The notes: generated from the sequence alone by a model not told the origin. A stretch of DNA of 64,000 bases from an uncultured Holophagales bacterium (GCA_963842525.1 CAWJGT010000001.1:128001-192000); one strand, 5' to 3'; positions 10,964 to 23,100 are shown, counted from the stretch's first letter. Made by a program: numbers and translations.

Positions 10964-10996
10964 TATGCAGGACAGCATAATGCTGCGCTGCATAAT
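10962..10996. promoter_or_regulatory. Nested palindrome at the ATPase start codon, candidate operator
   Basis: ATTATGCAG...CTGCATAAT with inner CAGCAT-A-ATGCTG. Confidence 0.5.
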
Positions 10997-11075
10997 CTTC
11001 AAGCGAGGACACACCTACCCACGCCCGTTCGTATAGTCTTCCGTTCGCAGCACTTCCGCTGGAGCGCAATCCAGA

Positions 11076-12604
11076 TTGAGCGAGCGCGTTCTCTTCGTCG
11101 TCCTGATCCTGGTCTGTCTCGTCCCTTCTGGGCCGTCGACTACCTGCCCACGGTGGACGGGCCGTGCCACACCTACAACGCCTGGTGATCCTGCAGCACG
11201 ACAACCGGGCGGAGTATCCGCTGTTCGCGAGGCACTATCGGATCGACTGGCGGCCGATTCCCAACTGGTTTCGCCAGGCGGTGCTGGCGCTGCTGATGTG
11301 CCGTGTTCAGCCGCGGATGGCCGAGAAGATCCTGGTGAGCGGCTATGTCTTCCTGCTGCCGGTCGCGGCGCGGTATCCCGCCGGGGCCGTGGACCCGGAC
11401 CGGAGGTGGCTCGGTTTCCTGGTCTTTCCCGCTGATCTACAACCAGCTCTTCCAGCTCGGCTTCTACAACTTCTCCTACAGCCTCGCCTTCTGGCTGTTC
11501 GCGGTGGGCTACTGGTGGCGGCGGCGCGACAGCCCGGCCTGGGGTTCGCGGTCAGGATCAACCTGCTCCTGCTGCTCTGCTGGTTCTGCCACATCGTGTC
11601 GCTGGCGGTGGCCCTGTTCTCGATCGGCGTGCTCTGGCTGGCCACTCTGCGACAGGCGGAGAGCTGGCGGCGGCATCTGGTCCATATACCGATCCTGTTG
11701 CCTCAGATCATCCTGCCGCTCTGGTTCGTGGGCGATCAGCAGCACGGGCCTATCCCGTCAACGCTGAGCCTTGGGCAGATGGCGGGCTATCTTTTCCGCT
11801 TCGAGGTGCTTTTCTATTTCGGCGAGGTCCAGCTCTGGATCGGACGGGCTCTGGCGCTCGTCGTCTTGCTTCTGCTGGTCCTGACCGTCATAGACCGGGT
11901 GCGGAGGAGAGAGGGCCTTCCGAGCAGAGGACGGCTTCCTCCTTCTGAGCCTGTTGCTCGCCGTCCTCTTCTTCGTCAGCCCTCAGGGGATGTCCGGCGG
12001 CGGGCTGCTGAATCAGCGGCTCAGCCTCTATCCCTGGCTGGCCCTGATCCCGTGGCTCGCACCGCGGCTCGGGCGGATTGGGCGGACCGTCGCGGTGGGC
12101 CTCCTCGCGGTCCTGGCCGTGGGGAGCGTGATCTACATTTATAGATGGTATCGGGCTCTCGATCCCCAACTCCGGACCTATCTCGCGGCGACCGAGCACA
12201 TCCGGCCGGACAGCCGGGTGTTGCCTCTCCTCTTCGACCGCGGGCCGTACGGGCTTTACGCGCATCTGATCGGCTATGCCGCCGCCGAGAAGGGGCTCAT
12301 CGACTGGAACAACTACCAGGCGGCGACCACCTACTTTCCGACCCGGTTCCACGGCAAGCGGGGCCGCCTCCACCGCTACACGTGGATCGAGGCCGACCCC
12401 AACACGATCGACGTCCGCACGCTCATCCCGCGGGTGGACTATGTCTATGCCTGGGGGATGCGGCCGGATTCGCTGACGGCCCGCCGCCTCCGCCGGCACT
12501 ACCGCCTCGTCTACCAGGACGGGCCGGCGCGCCTCTATGTGCCGATCCGCCGGAATTCGCCGCGGCCCGGCGCGCGTTTCGAGATCTCCAGAGGCGCTTC
12601 ATAG
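11076..12604 (+). CDS. Polytopic membrane protein, possibly GT-C fold glycosyltransferase; several frameshifts
   Basis: YLPTVDGPCH, PIPNW, YNQLFQLGFYNF motifs and many hydrophobic segments spread over three frames. Confidence 0.55.
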
Positions 12605-12633
12605 CGCGGTTGTGAGATATTGGTCTGCTGGTC

Positions 12634-13443
12634 ATGTACAACGAGTTCTATGGGTTTCGCGAGTCGCCGTTCAACATCACGCCCGACCCGCGTTTCCTCT
12701 TCTTCAGCCACCGCCATCGCGAGGCGTTCAACCACATCCTGTTCGGCATCCGGGAGCGCAAGGGCTTCATCCAGGTGACCGGCGAGGTCGGGGCGGGCAA
12801 GACCACGGTCTGCCGGGCGATCCTGGAGGAGCTGGGGCCGCAGGTGCGGACCGCCCTGATCCTCAATCCCTGCCTGACCAGCATGCAGCTCCTGCGCACT
12901 CTGCTGACCGAGCTCGGGCTGGAGCCCCAGCGGGACAAGGTGGCCTCCTTGCATCACCTCAACGAGTTCCTGCTCCAGCAGCTCGCCGAGGGGCAGGACG
13001 TGGTCCTTTTCATCGACGAGGCGCAGGACCTGGAGCCGGAGCTGCTGGAGGAGGTGCGGCTGCTGTCGAACCTGGAGACCGACCAGCGGAAGCTCCTGCA
13101 GATCGTCCTCATCGGTCAGCCTGAGCTGCGCGAGAAGCTGGAGGCGCGGCGCCTGCGCCAGCTCCGCCAGCGGATCACGGTGCGCTATCACCTGAGCCCG
13201 CTGTCGCGCATCGAGACCGCGCTCTACATCCAGCACCGGCTGCAGGTGGCGGGGGCGAACGGGGTGCCGTCCTTCAACCGCTGGGCGATCCGGCGGATCC
13301 ACGGCTATTCGCAGGGCATCCCGCGCCTGATCAACGCGGTCTGCGACAAGACGCTGCTGTGCGGCTACGTGACCGGCTCCGATCTCCTCACCTGGCGCCA
13401 TGTGGGCCGGGCGGTGCGCGAGCTGGAGGGAGACACCGGATGA
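12634..13443 (+). CDS. ExeA/GspA-family AAA ATPase
   Basis: MYNEFYGFRESPFNITPDP, TGEVGAGKT, FIDEAQ, LIGQPEL, GIPRLIN. Confidence 0.9.
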   Translation: MYNEFYGFRESPFNITPDPRFLFFSHRHREAFNHILFGIRERKGFIQVTGEVGAGKTTVCRAILEELGPQVRTALILNPCLTSMQLLRTLLTELGLEPQRDKVASLHHLNEFLLQQLAEGQDVVLFIDEAQDLEPELLEEVRLLSNLETDQRKLLQIVLIGQPELREKLEARRLRQLRQRITVRYHLSPLSRIETALYIQHRLQVAGANGVPSFNRWAIRRIHGYSQGIPRLINAVCDKTLLCGYVTGSDLLTWRHVGRAVRELEGDTG

Positions 13444-14174
13444 GCCTGATCGACGAGGCCCTGAAGCGGGCTCGCCAGGAGGCCGCGCGCCAGGACTCGG
13501 CGCAGGCCGAGGGACGGTATGCGCGCGTGCCCGTCTATGAGCCGCCGTCGCGGAATCCCCGCGCCTGGCTGCTCCCGGTCGTGGTGGCCGGCTGCCTGGC
13601 CGTGGGGATCGGCGTCGGCCTGATTGCCTCGCGCGGTGGCTCCGCGCCGTCGGCTCCGCCGCCCGCCGTGGCGGAGAACCCGGCTCCTGTGGCCTCCCAG
13701 AGCGTCGATCCGCCGCAGCCGCCCGCCACGGCTCAGCCGGAGACGGAGCCGAGGCCCGTTCCCGCACCGGCCGACCTGCCGCGGATCGTCGAAGAGGCAC
13801 CCGTCCCCGTGGCCCCGCCTCCAGTACGTCCGTCGGCTCCGCCGGTCCAGCAGGAGGCGCCCCGTCCGGTCGCCCCAACCCCTGCGGCTCCGACCCTCCC
13901 GAGCACCACTCCGGTACCTCCGTCCGCCGGGCCGGAGATCGCCTTGCCGGCCACCCCGCCGGCCTCGACCTATGTGCGCGAGGTGCCCCTGCCCGAAGGC
14001 GGGACCCTGCGCCTGAACGGCATCGCCTTCTCCGGCCAGCCGGTCGCCCTCTTCGGCGACAAGGTCGTCAGTCCGGGCGAGAGCGTCAACGGCTTCACTG
14101 TGGTCGAGATCGAGGCGAAGCGGGTCAAGCTCCAGGGGCAGAACGGGGCGACGGTGTACGTCACGCTGCGGTGA
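13440..14174 (+). CDS. ExeB/GspB-like membrane-anchored Pro-rich protein
   Basis: MSLIDEALKR start, one TM segment, Pro-rich linker, C-terminal LRLNGI...GESVNGFTVVEI beta domain; ATGA overlap with exeA-like gene. Confidence 0.75.
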   Translation: MSLIDEALKRARQEAARQDSAQAEGRYARVPVYEPPSRNPRAWLLPVVVAGCLAVGIGVGLIASRGGSAPSAPPPAVAENPAPVASQSVDPPQPPATAQPETEPRPVPAPADLPRIVEEAPVPVAPPPVRPSAPPVQQEAPRPVAPTPAAPTLPSTTPVPPSAGPEIALPATPPASTYVREVPLPEGGTLRLNGIAFSGQPVALFGDKVVSPGESVNGFTVVEIEAKRVKLQGQNGATVYVTLR

Positions 14175-14262
14175 GCATCTCTGGTGGCTGCCATTCAGGC
14201 AGTCCCCCTTGACAAAGTTAAAGAATAGATGGAAGTATAGCCGTAACGAAAGGAGGCTGTAT

Positions 14263-14532
14263 ATGAGTAAGCTTGTGAGATTGCTGTGTCTCTTGTTCAT
14301 CTGCTCGGTTGTGCTCGGCACCTCCGCCACGGGGTTTGCCGGCGACACAGGACGTCCTTTCACATTTGGCGGGAACGGTGGCGAGAATGGTCAGTCGGGC
14401 CTCGATGCGGCCGGGTGTTCCGGCTATTGCTACCCTGGCGCTTCAGATTGTTTCAGCAGTTGCTATTGTGAGGGTAGCCTTTCGTGTTGCGTTGGTGGTT
14501 GCGATTGGTGCTGTAGCCAAATCGAAATGTGA
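14263..14532 (+). CDS. Small secreted Cys-rich peptide (89 aa)
   Basis: AAGGAGG RBS, signal-peptide-like N-terminus, Gly-rich spacer, 10 Cys in the last ~38 aa. Confidence 0.72.
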   Translation: MSKLVRLLCLLFICSVVLGTSATGFAGDTGRPFTFGGNGGENGQSGLDAAGCSGYCYPGASDCFSSCYCEGSLSCCVGGCDWCCSQIEM

Positions 14533-14609
14533 CGACAGGTCTTGTAAGGCCGAACAGCCGATGACCCGCAGGTTCGATCCAGACTGCCTACTTTGACGCC
14601 TGGAGCACT

Positions 14610-14646
14610 GTCCAGGGAGAATGGCCTTGCAGGGTTCTCCCTGGAC
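14610..14646. other. 12-bp perfect inverted repeat, possible terminator or operator
   Basis: GTCCAGGGAGAA-N13-TTCTCCCTGGAC downstream of the Cys-rich peptide gene. Confidence 0.45.
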
Positions 14647-14885
14647 TTCCTTGGCCTTTGCCCGTTGTGCCGGGGCATTTCTCCCGCTGATCAGAGCAGC
14701 CCGCCGCCGAGGCTCTCACCAGTCGAAAAGAGCCAACCTGGGCGAAGCCAAAGGCTGGCACCACAAAACTCGCTAAGATTCAGGGCACGCCGAGCTTCAC
14801 CCGATCAGGCGGAGTCGTTGGATGATTTGACGGACTCTCTCCAGATCTGTCATAGCATCATTGCATCGCTGAGGAGGCTGACTGC

Positions 14886-16958
14886 ATGTCCAGAGCTGTC
14901 GCTGCGTTCACTGTCGTCCTCACCCTGCTCGCGCTTCCCGGGTTGGAAGCCGAGGCCGAGCCCCGGCTCCTGCGGACCGAGGACGTCTTTGCCCTGAAGA
15001 CCGTGCAGGCCCCCCAGATCAGCCCGGAGGGGACGTGGGTGGCTTATACCGTCCGATCCATGGATCCAAAAGAGGACACGCGGGATACGGACGTCTGGAT
15101 GGTCCCCTTCGCCGGCGGCGACGCCATCCGCCTGACGGCGAGCGAGAAGTCCGAGACGCAGCCGCGGTTCAGCCCGGACGGCCGCTGGCTCGCCTTCCTC
15201 TCGGCGCGCGACGGCGGCAAGACGCAGGTCTGGCTGCTCGACCGGCGGGGCGGCGAGGCCGTCAAGCTGACCGACTACAAGGCGGATGTCTCCGAGATCG
15301 CCTGGTCGCCCGACAGCTCGCGCCTCGCCCTGATCGTCTCCGATGTGGACCCGGACGACCCTGACGCCGAGGAGGAGGAAGACAAGGACGGAGCGGCGGA
15401 GGAGAAGAAGCCCAAGACGCCGAAGCCGATCGTCATCCGCCGCCTCCAGTTCAAGCGCGACGGCGAGGGCTATCTGCGGGAGATCCGCAACCATCTCCAT
15501 GTCTTCGACGTGAAGACGAAGAAGGGGCTCCAGGTCACCGCGGGTCCCTATGACGACCGCGAGCCGGCCTGGTCCCCGGACGGCCGCTCGATTGCCTTCA
15601 CCAGCAACCGCACACCGGACCCGGACGCCAACGACAACAGCGATGTGTTCGTGGTGGCTCCCGAGGCGGGCCAGACGCCGCGTGCCCTGACGAACTCGCC
15701 GGGGGCGGATTCCTCCCCCGCGTTCAGCCCGGACGGGAAATGGATCGCCTATCTGGCCGGCGGCGCGCCCGAGGACGTCTGGTACGACACCAACGCCATC
15801 GGCCTCGTTCCGGTCAATCCGGCCGGCGGTGGCCCGGCCCGGCTGCTGACCAAGGAGATCGACCGCAACGTCGATGCGCCGCAGTTCTCTCCGGACGGCC
15901 GGTCCATCGTCTTCCTCCTCGAAGACGGCGGCAACGTCCACCTGGCGCGGGTGCCGGCGGCGGGCGGCGCGGTGGAGCGGATCGTGACCGGCGAGCGCGA
16001 GATCGAGGACTTCGATGCCGGCCCGAAGGGGGAGCTGGCGGTGCTGGAGAGCCAGACCACCTACCCCTCCGAGGTCTCGGCGGTCGACGGCGGTGATCTG
16101 CGCGGTCTGCGGCGCCTGACGCGGGTGAACGACGATTTCCTGGGCGGCATCCGCCTGGCAAAGGTCGAGCGCCTGCGCGTGAAGAATCCGGACGGCCAGG
16201 CGATCGACGCCTTTCTGACCCGGCCGCCCGATGCGCCAGCCGGCCAGCGGCTGCCGACGTTGCTGCGCATCCACGGCGGGCCGGTCGCCCAGTTCTCGAC
16301 CGGGTTCCAGCTCGAATGGCAGGTCCTCGCCGCTTACGGCTACGCGGTGGTGGCGGCCAACCCGCGCGGCTCGTCCGGCTACGGGCGCGCCTTCAGCCGG
16401 GCGATCTTCGCGGACTGGGGCAACAAGGACTATGACGACGTGCTGGCCGCGGTCGATCACGCCATCACCCTGGGGGTTGCCGACCCCGAGCGCCTGGGGG
16501 TGGGCGGCTGGAGCTACGGCGGCATCCTGACCAACTACGTGGTCACCAAGACGGGCCGCTTCAAGGCCGCCATCTCGGGCGCCAGCGAGACGAACTATCT
16601 GTCCAACTACGGCACCGACCACTACCAGAAGGAGTGGGAGGCCGAGATCGGTCTTCCCTGGAAAAACACGGACCTCTGGGTCCGCCTCTCGCCGTTCTTC
16701 TCTGTGGAGAAGATCACGACTCCGACGCTGCTGCTCTGCGCCGGGGCGGACGTCAACGTCCCATGCCTCAACTCCGAGCAGCTCTTCCAGGCCTTGCGCC
16801 GCCTCGGCCGCGAGACCGAGCTGGTCATCTACCCGGACCAGAGCCACTCGCTCACCAAGCCCAGCTATATCAAGGACCGGTTCGACCGCTCGCTCGCCTG
16901 GTACGACCAGCACCTGAAGCCGCAGGCTTCCTCCACCGCGGGAGGAACGAAGCGTTGA
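14886..16958 (+). CDS. Secreted S9 family peptidase (dipeptidyl/acylaminoacyl peptidase)
   Basis: Signal peptide, WSPDG propeller repeats, IHGGP, GWSYGG nucleophile, catalytic D and H. Confidence 0.92.
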   Translation: MSRAVAAFTVVLTLLALPGLEAEAEPRLLRTEDVFALKTVQAPQISPEGTWVAYTVRSMDPKEDTRDTDVWMVPFAGGDAIRLTASEKSETQPRFSPDGRWLAFLSARDGGKTQVWLLDRRGGEAVKLTDYKADVSEIAWSPDSSRLALIVSDVDPDDPDAEEEEDKDGAAEEKKPKTPKPIVIRRLQFKRDGEGYLREIRNHLHVFDVKTKKGLQVTAGPYDDREPAWSPDGRSIAFTSNRTPDPDANDNSDVFVVAPEAGQTPRALTNSPGADSSPAFSPDGKWIAYLAGGAPEDVWYDTNAIGLVPVNPAGGGPARLLTKEIDRNVDAPQFSPDGRSIVFLLEDGGNVHLARVPAAGGAVERIVTGEREIEDFDAGPKGELAVLESQTTYPSEVSAVDGGDLRGLRRLTRVNDDFLGGIRLAKVERLRVKNPDGQAIDAFLTRPPDAPAGQRLPTLLRIHGGPVAQFSTGFQLEWQVLAAYGYAVVAANPRGSSGYGRAFSRAIFADWGNKDYDDVLAAVDHAITLGVADPERLGVGGWSYGGILTNYVVTKTGRFKAAISGASETNYLSNYGTDHYQKEWEAEIGLPWKNTDLWVRLSPFFSVEKITTPTLLLCAGADVNVPCLNSEQLFQALRRLGRETELVIYPDQSHSLTKPSYIKDRFDRSLAWYDQHLKPQASSTAGGTKR

Positions 16959-17605
16959 GCGCGGGTGCGCCGTCCTTCCCCGTCGTCTCGGAACTGCCGG
17001 GCTGGGACCTGTTCTGGGTCCGTCTGGAGGTCCTTCCCGGCGCCGAGGAGGCCATGACGGTGCTGCGGCGGGAGGTGTCGGATGGGGCCCGCGCCTCGCT
17101 GGCCGGGGCCGATCCGACCGCGCATCCCACGATGGCCGCGATCCGCCGGCTCTTCCGGGCCGCGGGCTGCGACCCCACCCGCTACCGGCCATCCTCCGAG
17201 GGTCTGCTCCGGCGCGTGCTCAAGGGTGAGGACCTGCCGCCGATCCACCCGCTGGTGGACCTCAACAACTGCCTTTCCCTCGACCTCCTTGTGCCGTGCA
17301 GCATGATGTCCGAAGGGACCTTCAAGCCCCCAGTGACGGTGCGGGCGGGCCGGCCCGGCGAGAGCTATGAATCCCACCGGGGCCCGTTCCACCTGGAAGG
17401 CAAGCCCCTCCTCGCCGACGCCGAGGGGCCCTGCGCCGCGGCGGTCACCGACAGTCAACGGGTCAAGGTGCGCGACGAGACCCGGGCCGCCTGGCTCGCC
17501 GCCTGGCTGCCGGCCGGCGTGGTGGCCCCGGAGACGGCGGAGAGGAAGCTGGCGGAGCTGCTGGATAAGGCGCCGGTGGCTCGGGCGGGAACGTGCTATC
17601 CTTGA
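16955..17605 (+). CDS. B3/B4 domain (PheRS editing-like) protein
   Basis: DPTRYRPSSEGLLRR, IHPLVDLNN, DSQR motifs; TTG start overlaps upstream stop. Confidence 0.82.
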   Translation: MSAGAPSFPVVSELPGWDLFWVRLEVLPGAEEAMTVLRREVSDGARASLAGADPTAHPTMAAIRRLFRAAGCDPTRYRPSSEGLLRRVLKGEDLPPIHPLVDLNNCLSLDLLVPCSMMSEGTFKPPVTVRAGRPGESYESHRGPFHLEGKPLLADAEGPCAAAVTDSQRVKVRDETRAAWLAAWLPAGVVAPETAERKLAELLDKAPVARAGTCYP

Positions 17606-17608
17606 CCC

Positions 17609-17818
17609 ATGAGCGTGATTGAAACCGACGAGGACGTGATCGTCCACAAGCCTGCTGCGGGAGAGTTCTGGATCGTCCGGCGCGGAAAGCTTCCGGCCTT
17701 CGCCGCCTCCGGCCTCGCGGAGGCACGTTCAACGCACAAGTTTCGGACTAAAGCCGCTAAGACGACTTCCAAGGTCAAGCTCCTTCGACGCTCCAGGACG
17801 AAAACGGCTGCCAAATAG
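17609..17818 (+). CDS. Small basic hypothetical protein
   Basis: 69-aa ORF 3 nt after the B3/B4 gene, Lys/Arg-rich tail; no recognised motif. Confidence 0.4.
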   Translation: MSVIETDEDVIVHKPAAGEFWIVRRGKLPAFAASGLAEARSTHKFRTKAAKTTSKVKLLRRSRTKTAAK

Positions 17819-17837
17819 GACTGGCCTGTAGTCCGGC

Positions 17838-19258
17838 TCAGAGAAATTCTCCCAGAGACTTCTCCCACAGTCGGGCCAGCCGGTCCATCGACTCATACCA
17901 GGGTTTCGCGACCTTCTTGTTCAGGATCGCGGAGGCCGAGGTCAGGGCCCCGGCCACCAACGGCAATTTTCGATCCCCGGTAATCCATAAAGGCTCCGCC
18001 GCGACAGCTTTCCAGCGGTCATCGGAAGCACCCTGCCCGCGTCCGCTGTCCACTTCCCAGAGCTCGAAATTCCCCGAGCTGAGCGCCCTTGTGACCGTCC
18101 ACCCGGCGTCATAACGATACGGGATTTTGCGCAATGCTTCCGGAGACCGGTGGAGGCGATCGTTCGCAGCAAAGTAGAGCAGATGTCCCTCCCCATCAGC
18201 CAACCAGAGCCCAAGCGTCCCGTCGGGTCCCAACAGGGGCTGGAGCTCTTGCCGGAACTGCCGGTCGAGCCACGGGCGATCACCTCCTGGCGCCGCCGGA
18301 AGTTTTTGGTGGCCTGGCGCCAGAGGCCTCGCAACCAATGGGCAGGCGGCTTATAGACGCCACCCCGGGAGCTGATCAACTCGTAGACAAAGGCTGTCAC
18401 ATCCACGAAATCCTCGACGAAGACGACTTCGACATTGGATTTGCTCCACTGGTCCGAGAGCCGTTGCGCGAAGCGAGGGAACAGATCCTGTGAAACTCCC
18501 AAACCCTGCCGTGGCAGCACCTGGACATGAGGTCCGAGGCGGCGGTCCTTGAGCCGGTTGAGATAGCGGACGAGATTGGGATCCGTCAACGTGGTCCCGA
18601 GAAACAACAGCGGACCGCGTGATGCGGCCTTGGGAAGGTCCTCTCCGGGCCAGTCGTGCTCCGGCCGGTAGAGGCGATCGTAGTCCGACTGCGTCAGCAC
18701 GATGTCCTGACTCTCGAGGTACCTGCCGTCCTTGCGCTTCCTTCCCAACAACCCGTGGAGATGATGGACGGTGAAAGAGTCCAGACCGGAGGGATCCAAG
18801 AAATCGAAGCGGCTGAAGCACTTGAGCCCGCTGAGCTCGAAGGCGCGCTCGAGAAGATCGTCGTAATTGGTCGTGAAGAGCTGAATGCCGGTAGGCCCTC
18901 TCGCCTGCGCGAGCGCGCCGACGGCAAAGTGCAGGTGCGACGGCTCGAAGTCGTTTCTGGACTCCCCTCCGAAGAGGGCCTCGGCGATCTTCTGCTTGCG
19001 TGTCGCCGAGCTGACGCCGGGCCCGAAGGCAGCCTCCGCGCCGAGGAGGAATCCCTGCGCCTGGAGCAGAGCCTCGGCGATCTCTTCGCTTCCTTTTCGC
19101 CGCTTGGGCCGGGCCAGCAGGTTCTTGACCAGGTGCGACCAGTCCGGAAGACCTGCCGCGACCGACGCCCCGGCTCCCAGCACGATCGACAAGTGAGACG
19201 CTCGCGAGAGACGCCTCAGCGTCTGAATGGCCTGGGTGGAGAACGAATCGACGCCCAT
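17838..19258 (-). CDS. SIR2-like (SIR2_2) domain protein with unrecognised C-terminal domain, -1 frameshift near 18275
   Basis: IVLGAGAS..GLPDW, TTNYDDLLE, HLHG, LFLG..LTDPNL; adding one C continues the frame to EFL-stop at 17838. Confidence 0.8.
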
Positions 19259-19288
19259 CGGTTTCGTGGAACGGAATCAATGCCTATT

Positions 19289-20083
<795 letters not shown>

Positions 20084-20163
20084 GGCCGGGACGATATACC
20101 GAATTCCGGTGGCGAGCCTTGTATACTCCCGCTACTTGTAGCCGTGATATGCCGGAGGTGTTG

Positions 20164-23100
20164 ATGGATTGCGCGAAGTTTGTCGCCCTCGCGTCGGTGG
20201 TCCTGGTCTTGGCCGGGCGTGCTCTTGCCGCGGTCCCGGCGGCCGGGGCCCTGTCCGCGGAACCCGCTGCCGGCAGGCAACTCCCCATGCTCGCGCAGCC
20301 GACGGTCTCTCCGGACGGCCGGCAGATCGCCTTCGCCGCCCGCGGCGACGTCTGGACCGTCTCCGCCGACGGAGGGACGGCGCGCCTGCTCGTGACGGAT
20401 CCCGCCACCGAGTCGCGCCCGCTCTGGTCGCCGGACGGCAAGCACCTGGCATTCATCTCCAACCGGACCGGCAACGGCGACGTCTACGTCTACGCGTTCG
20501 CCACCGGGGAGGTCCGGCGCCTGACCTGGGACGACGAGGTCGAGCAGCTCAATGCCTGGTCGGAGGACGGGCGCTGGATCTACTTCTTCCACAGCGGCCA
20601 GGACCTCGGCAACATGAACGACGTCTTCCGGGTGCGGCCGGAGGGCGGCACCCCGCAGGAGGTCAGCGCCGACCGTTACGTCAACGAGAGCTTCGCCACC
20701 CCCTCTCCCGACGGCCGCGCGCTCGCCGTGACAGCCCACGGCCACCCCACGAGCTGGTGGCGCCACGGGCACGCCCACATCGACGAGATGGAGATCTGGA
20801 TCGAGCGCGACGGCGCCTACCGCCGGGTGAGCGAGGGCGGTGCCAAGGAGCTGTGGCCGCTGTGGAGCCGCGACGGGCAACGCGTCTTCTTCGTGTCCGA
20901 CCGGGGCGGGGCCGAGAACCTCTGGGTCCAGGAGCTGGCGGGAAAGGCGAAGCCGCGGCCGGTGAGCCGCTTCACGGACGGCCGGTTCCTCTGGCCGGCC
21001 CTCGCGGGGGATGGCCGGGCGGTCGTCTTCCAACGCAACCTGGAGATCTGGAAGCTCGACCTGGCCAGCGGCAAGGCGGCCGAGGTCCCCATCCGTCTGG
21101 AAGGCGCCGCGGCCGGCCCGGACGTCGAGCGCGTGCGGCTGACGGACGGCTTCAGCGAGGTCCGCCTCTCGCCGGACGGCAGGAAGATGGCTGTCGTCGT
21201 CCATGGCGAGGTCTTCGCGGTCGGCGCCAAAGAAGGGGGGCTGGCGGTCCGTGTGACCGACACCCCCGCGGTCGAGCGGCAGGTCGCCTGGGCGCCGGAC
21301 AGCCGGCGGCTCGCCTATGCCTCCGAGCGCGACGGCCGCGACGGCCTCTACCTGTATGACTTCGGCACCGGCGAGGAGCGCCGGCTCACCAGCGGCACCA
21401 CGCCGGCCTTCTCGCCGGACGGCCGCTTCCTCGTTTTTCAAAACGGCCGGCACGAGCTGCGCGTCCTCGACGTGGGCTCCGGCCGCGAAAGGGTCCTCAC
21501 GCGCACCAACATGGATGGGCCGCCCTTCGCCTCCGAGCGGTCCCTGGTGTGGTCGCCCGACAGCCGGTGGATCGCGGTGCTGGAGTATGGCGACCGGATG
21601 TTCCGCAACGTCCGGCTGGTGCCGGTGGACGGCGGCGAGCCCCGGATGATCAGCTTCCTCGCCCACTTCGCCAGCCAGTCCATGTCCTGGAGCCCGGACG
21701 GGACCTTCCTCGTCTTCACCACGGGGCAGCGCATGGAAGACGGGCGGCTAGCCCGCATCGATCTCGTGCCGCGCACGCCGCGGTTCCGGGAGGATCAGTT
21801 CCGCGACCTCTTTCCGGCCGGACCCCCGCCGGTCCCGCCAACCCCTCCGGCCACCGCACCCCGGCCGGTGGAGATCGTCTTCGAGGGCATCCGCGAGCGT
21901 CTGACCATGCTGCCCGTCGGCCTCAGCATCTCGTCTCAGGCCCTGAGCCCCGACGGCCGGCAGATCGCGCTGGTGGCCGAGACCTCCGGCCTGTCCAGCA
22001 TCTTCCTCTTCGCGCTCGACGAGAGGAACGGCGAGCCGGGCCTGTCCCGCCACATGGCCGCCACCTTGTCTCCCGGCAGGAAAAACATGCTCCAGTTCTC
22101 GCCCGACGGCACCCAGCTCTACTTCCTGGACCGCGGCGCCATCAAGGTCGTATTGCTGGCGGACAGGGGAGACCCGCGCCCCTTCCAGGTGACCGCCGAG
22201 ATGGACGTCGATTTCGATCGCGAGAAGCTCGAGGTCTTCGACCAGGTCTGGCGCTACCTCGACGACCTGTTCGCCGATCCCGGCATGCACGGGGTCGACT
22301 GGAAGGCCCAGCGGGCCCGTTTCCAGCCCTATGTCGCCGCCATCCGTACGCGGGACGAGCTCCACCAGCTCCTCAACCTCATGATCGGCGAGCTGAACAC
22401 ATCCCATGCCGCGGTGCGCATGCCGCCGGTTGACACGAAGCGGACCACGGGCCACCTCGGCCTGCGTTTCGACGCCGTCGAGTACGAGGCCTTCGGCCGG
22501 CTGAAGATCCGCGAAATCGTGCCGCAGGGGCCGGCCGCGGTGACCCGGGAGGTCCGCGAGGGCGACTACCTCCTGGCCGTGGACGGCCGTGCGGTGGACG
22601 GCCGCACCAACCTGGACGCGCTCCTCGACGCCAGGATCGGCCGTCAGACACGGCTCACCGTGGCGTCCTCGCCCGACGGAGGCTCGCGGGAGGTCGATGT
22701 GCGGCCAATCGACCTGGTCGCCGAGAAGCGGCTCGCCTATCGCGCCTGGGTGGACGTCAACCGCGCCTACGTCGAGCGGACCAGCGCCGGCCGGCTTGGC
22801 TACGTCCACCTCTTCGACATGAGCCAGCCTGCGCTGGACCAGCTCCTCCTCGACCTGGACACCGACAACCATGCCCGGGAAGGCGTCGTGGTGGACATCC
22901 GCAACAACAACGGAGGATTCGTCAACGCCTATGTCATCGACATCCTGACCCGCCGCGGCTACATGTCGATGACCTACCGCGGCTTCCCCACGGCGCCGGC
23001 GCGCAGCGTCCTGGGCCAGCGCGCCCTCGAGCGTCCGACGGTGCTGCTTACCAACCGGAGCACGCTGTCCGACGGCGAGAACCTGACCGAGGGGTACCGC

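Noticed and set aside
14209-14240. Sigma70 promoter for the Cys-rich peptide
   Set aside because: TTGACA is present but there is no convincing -10 box at 16-18 bp spacing
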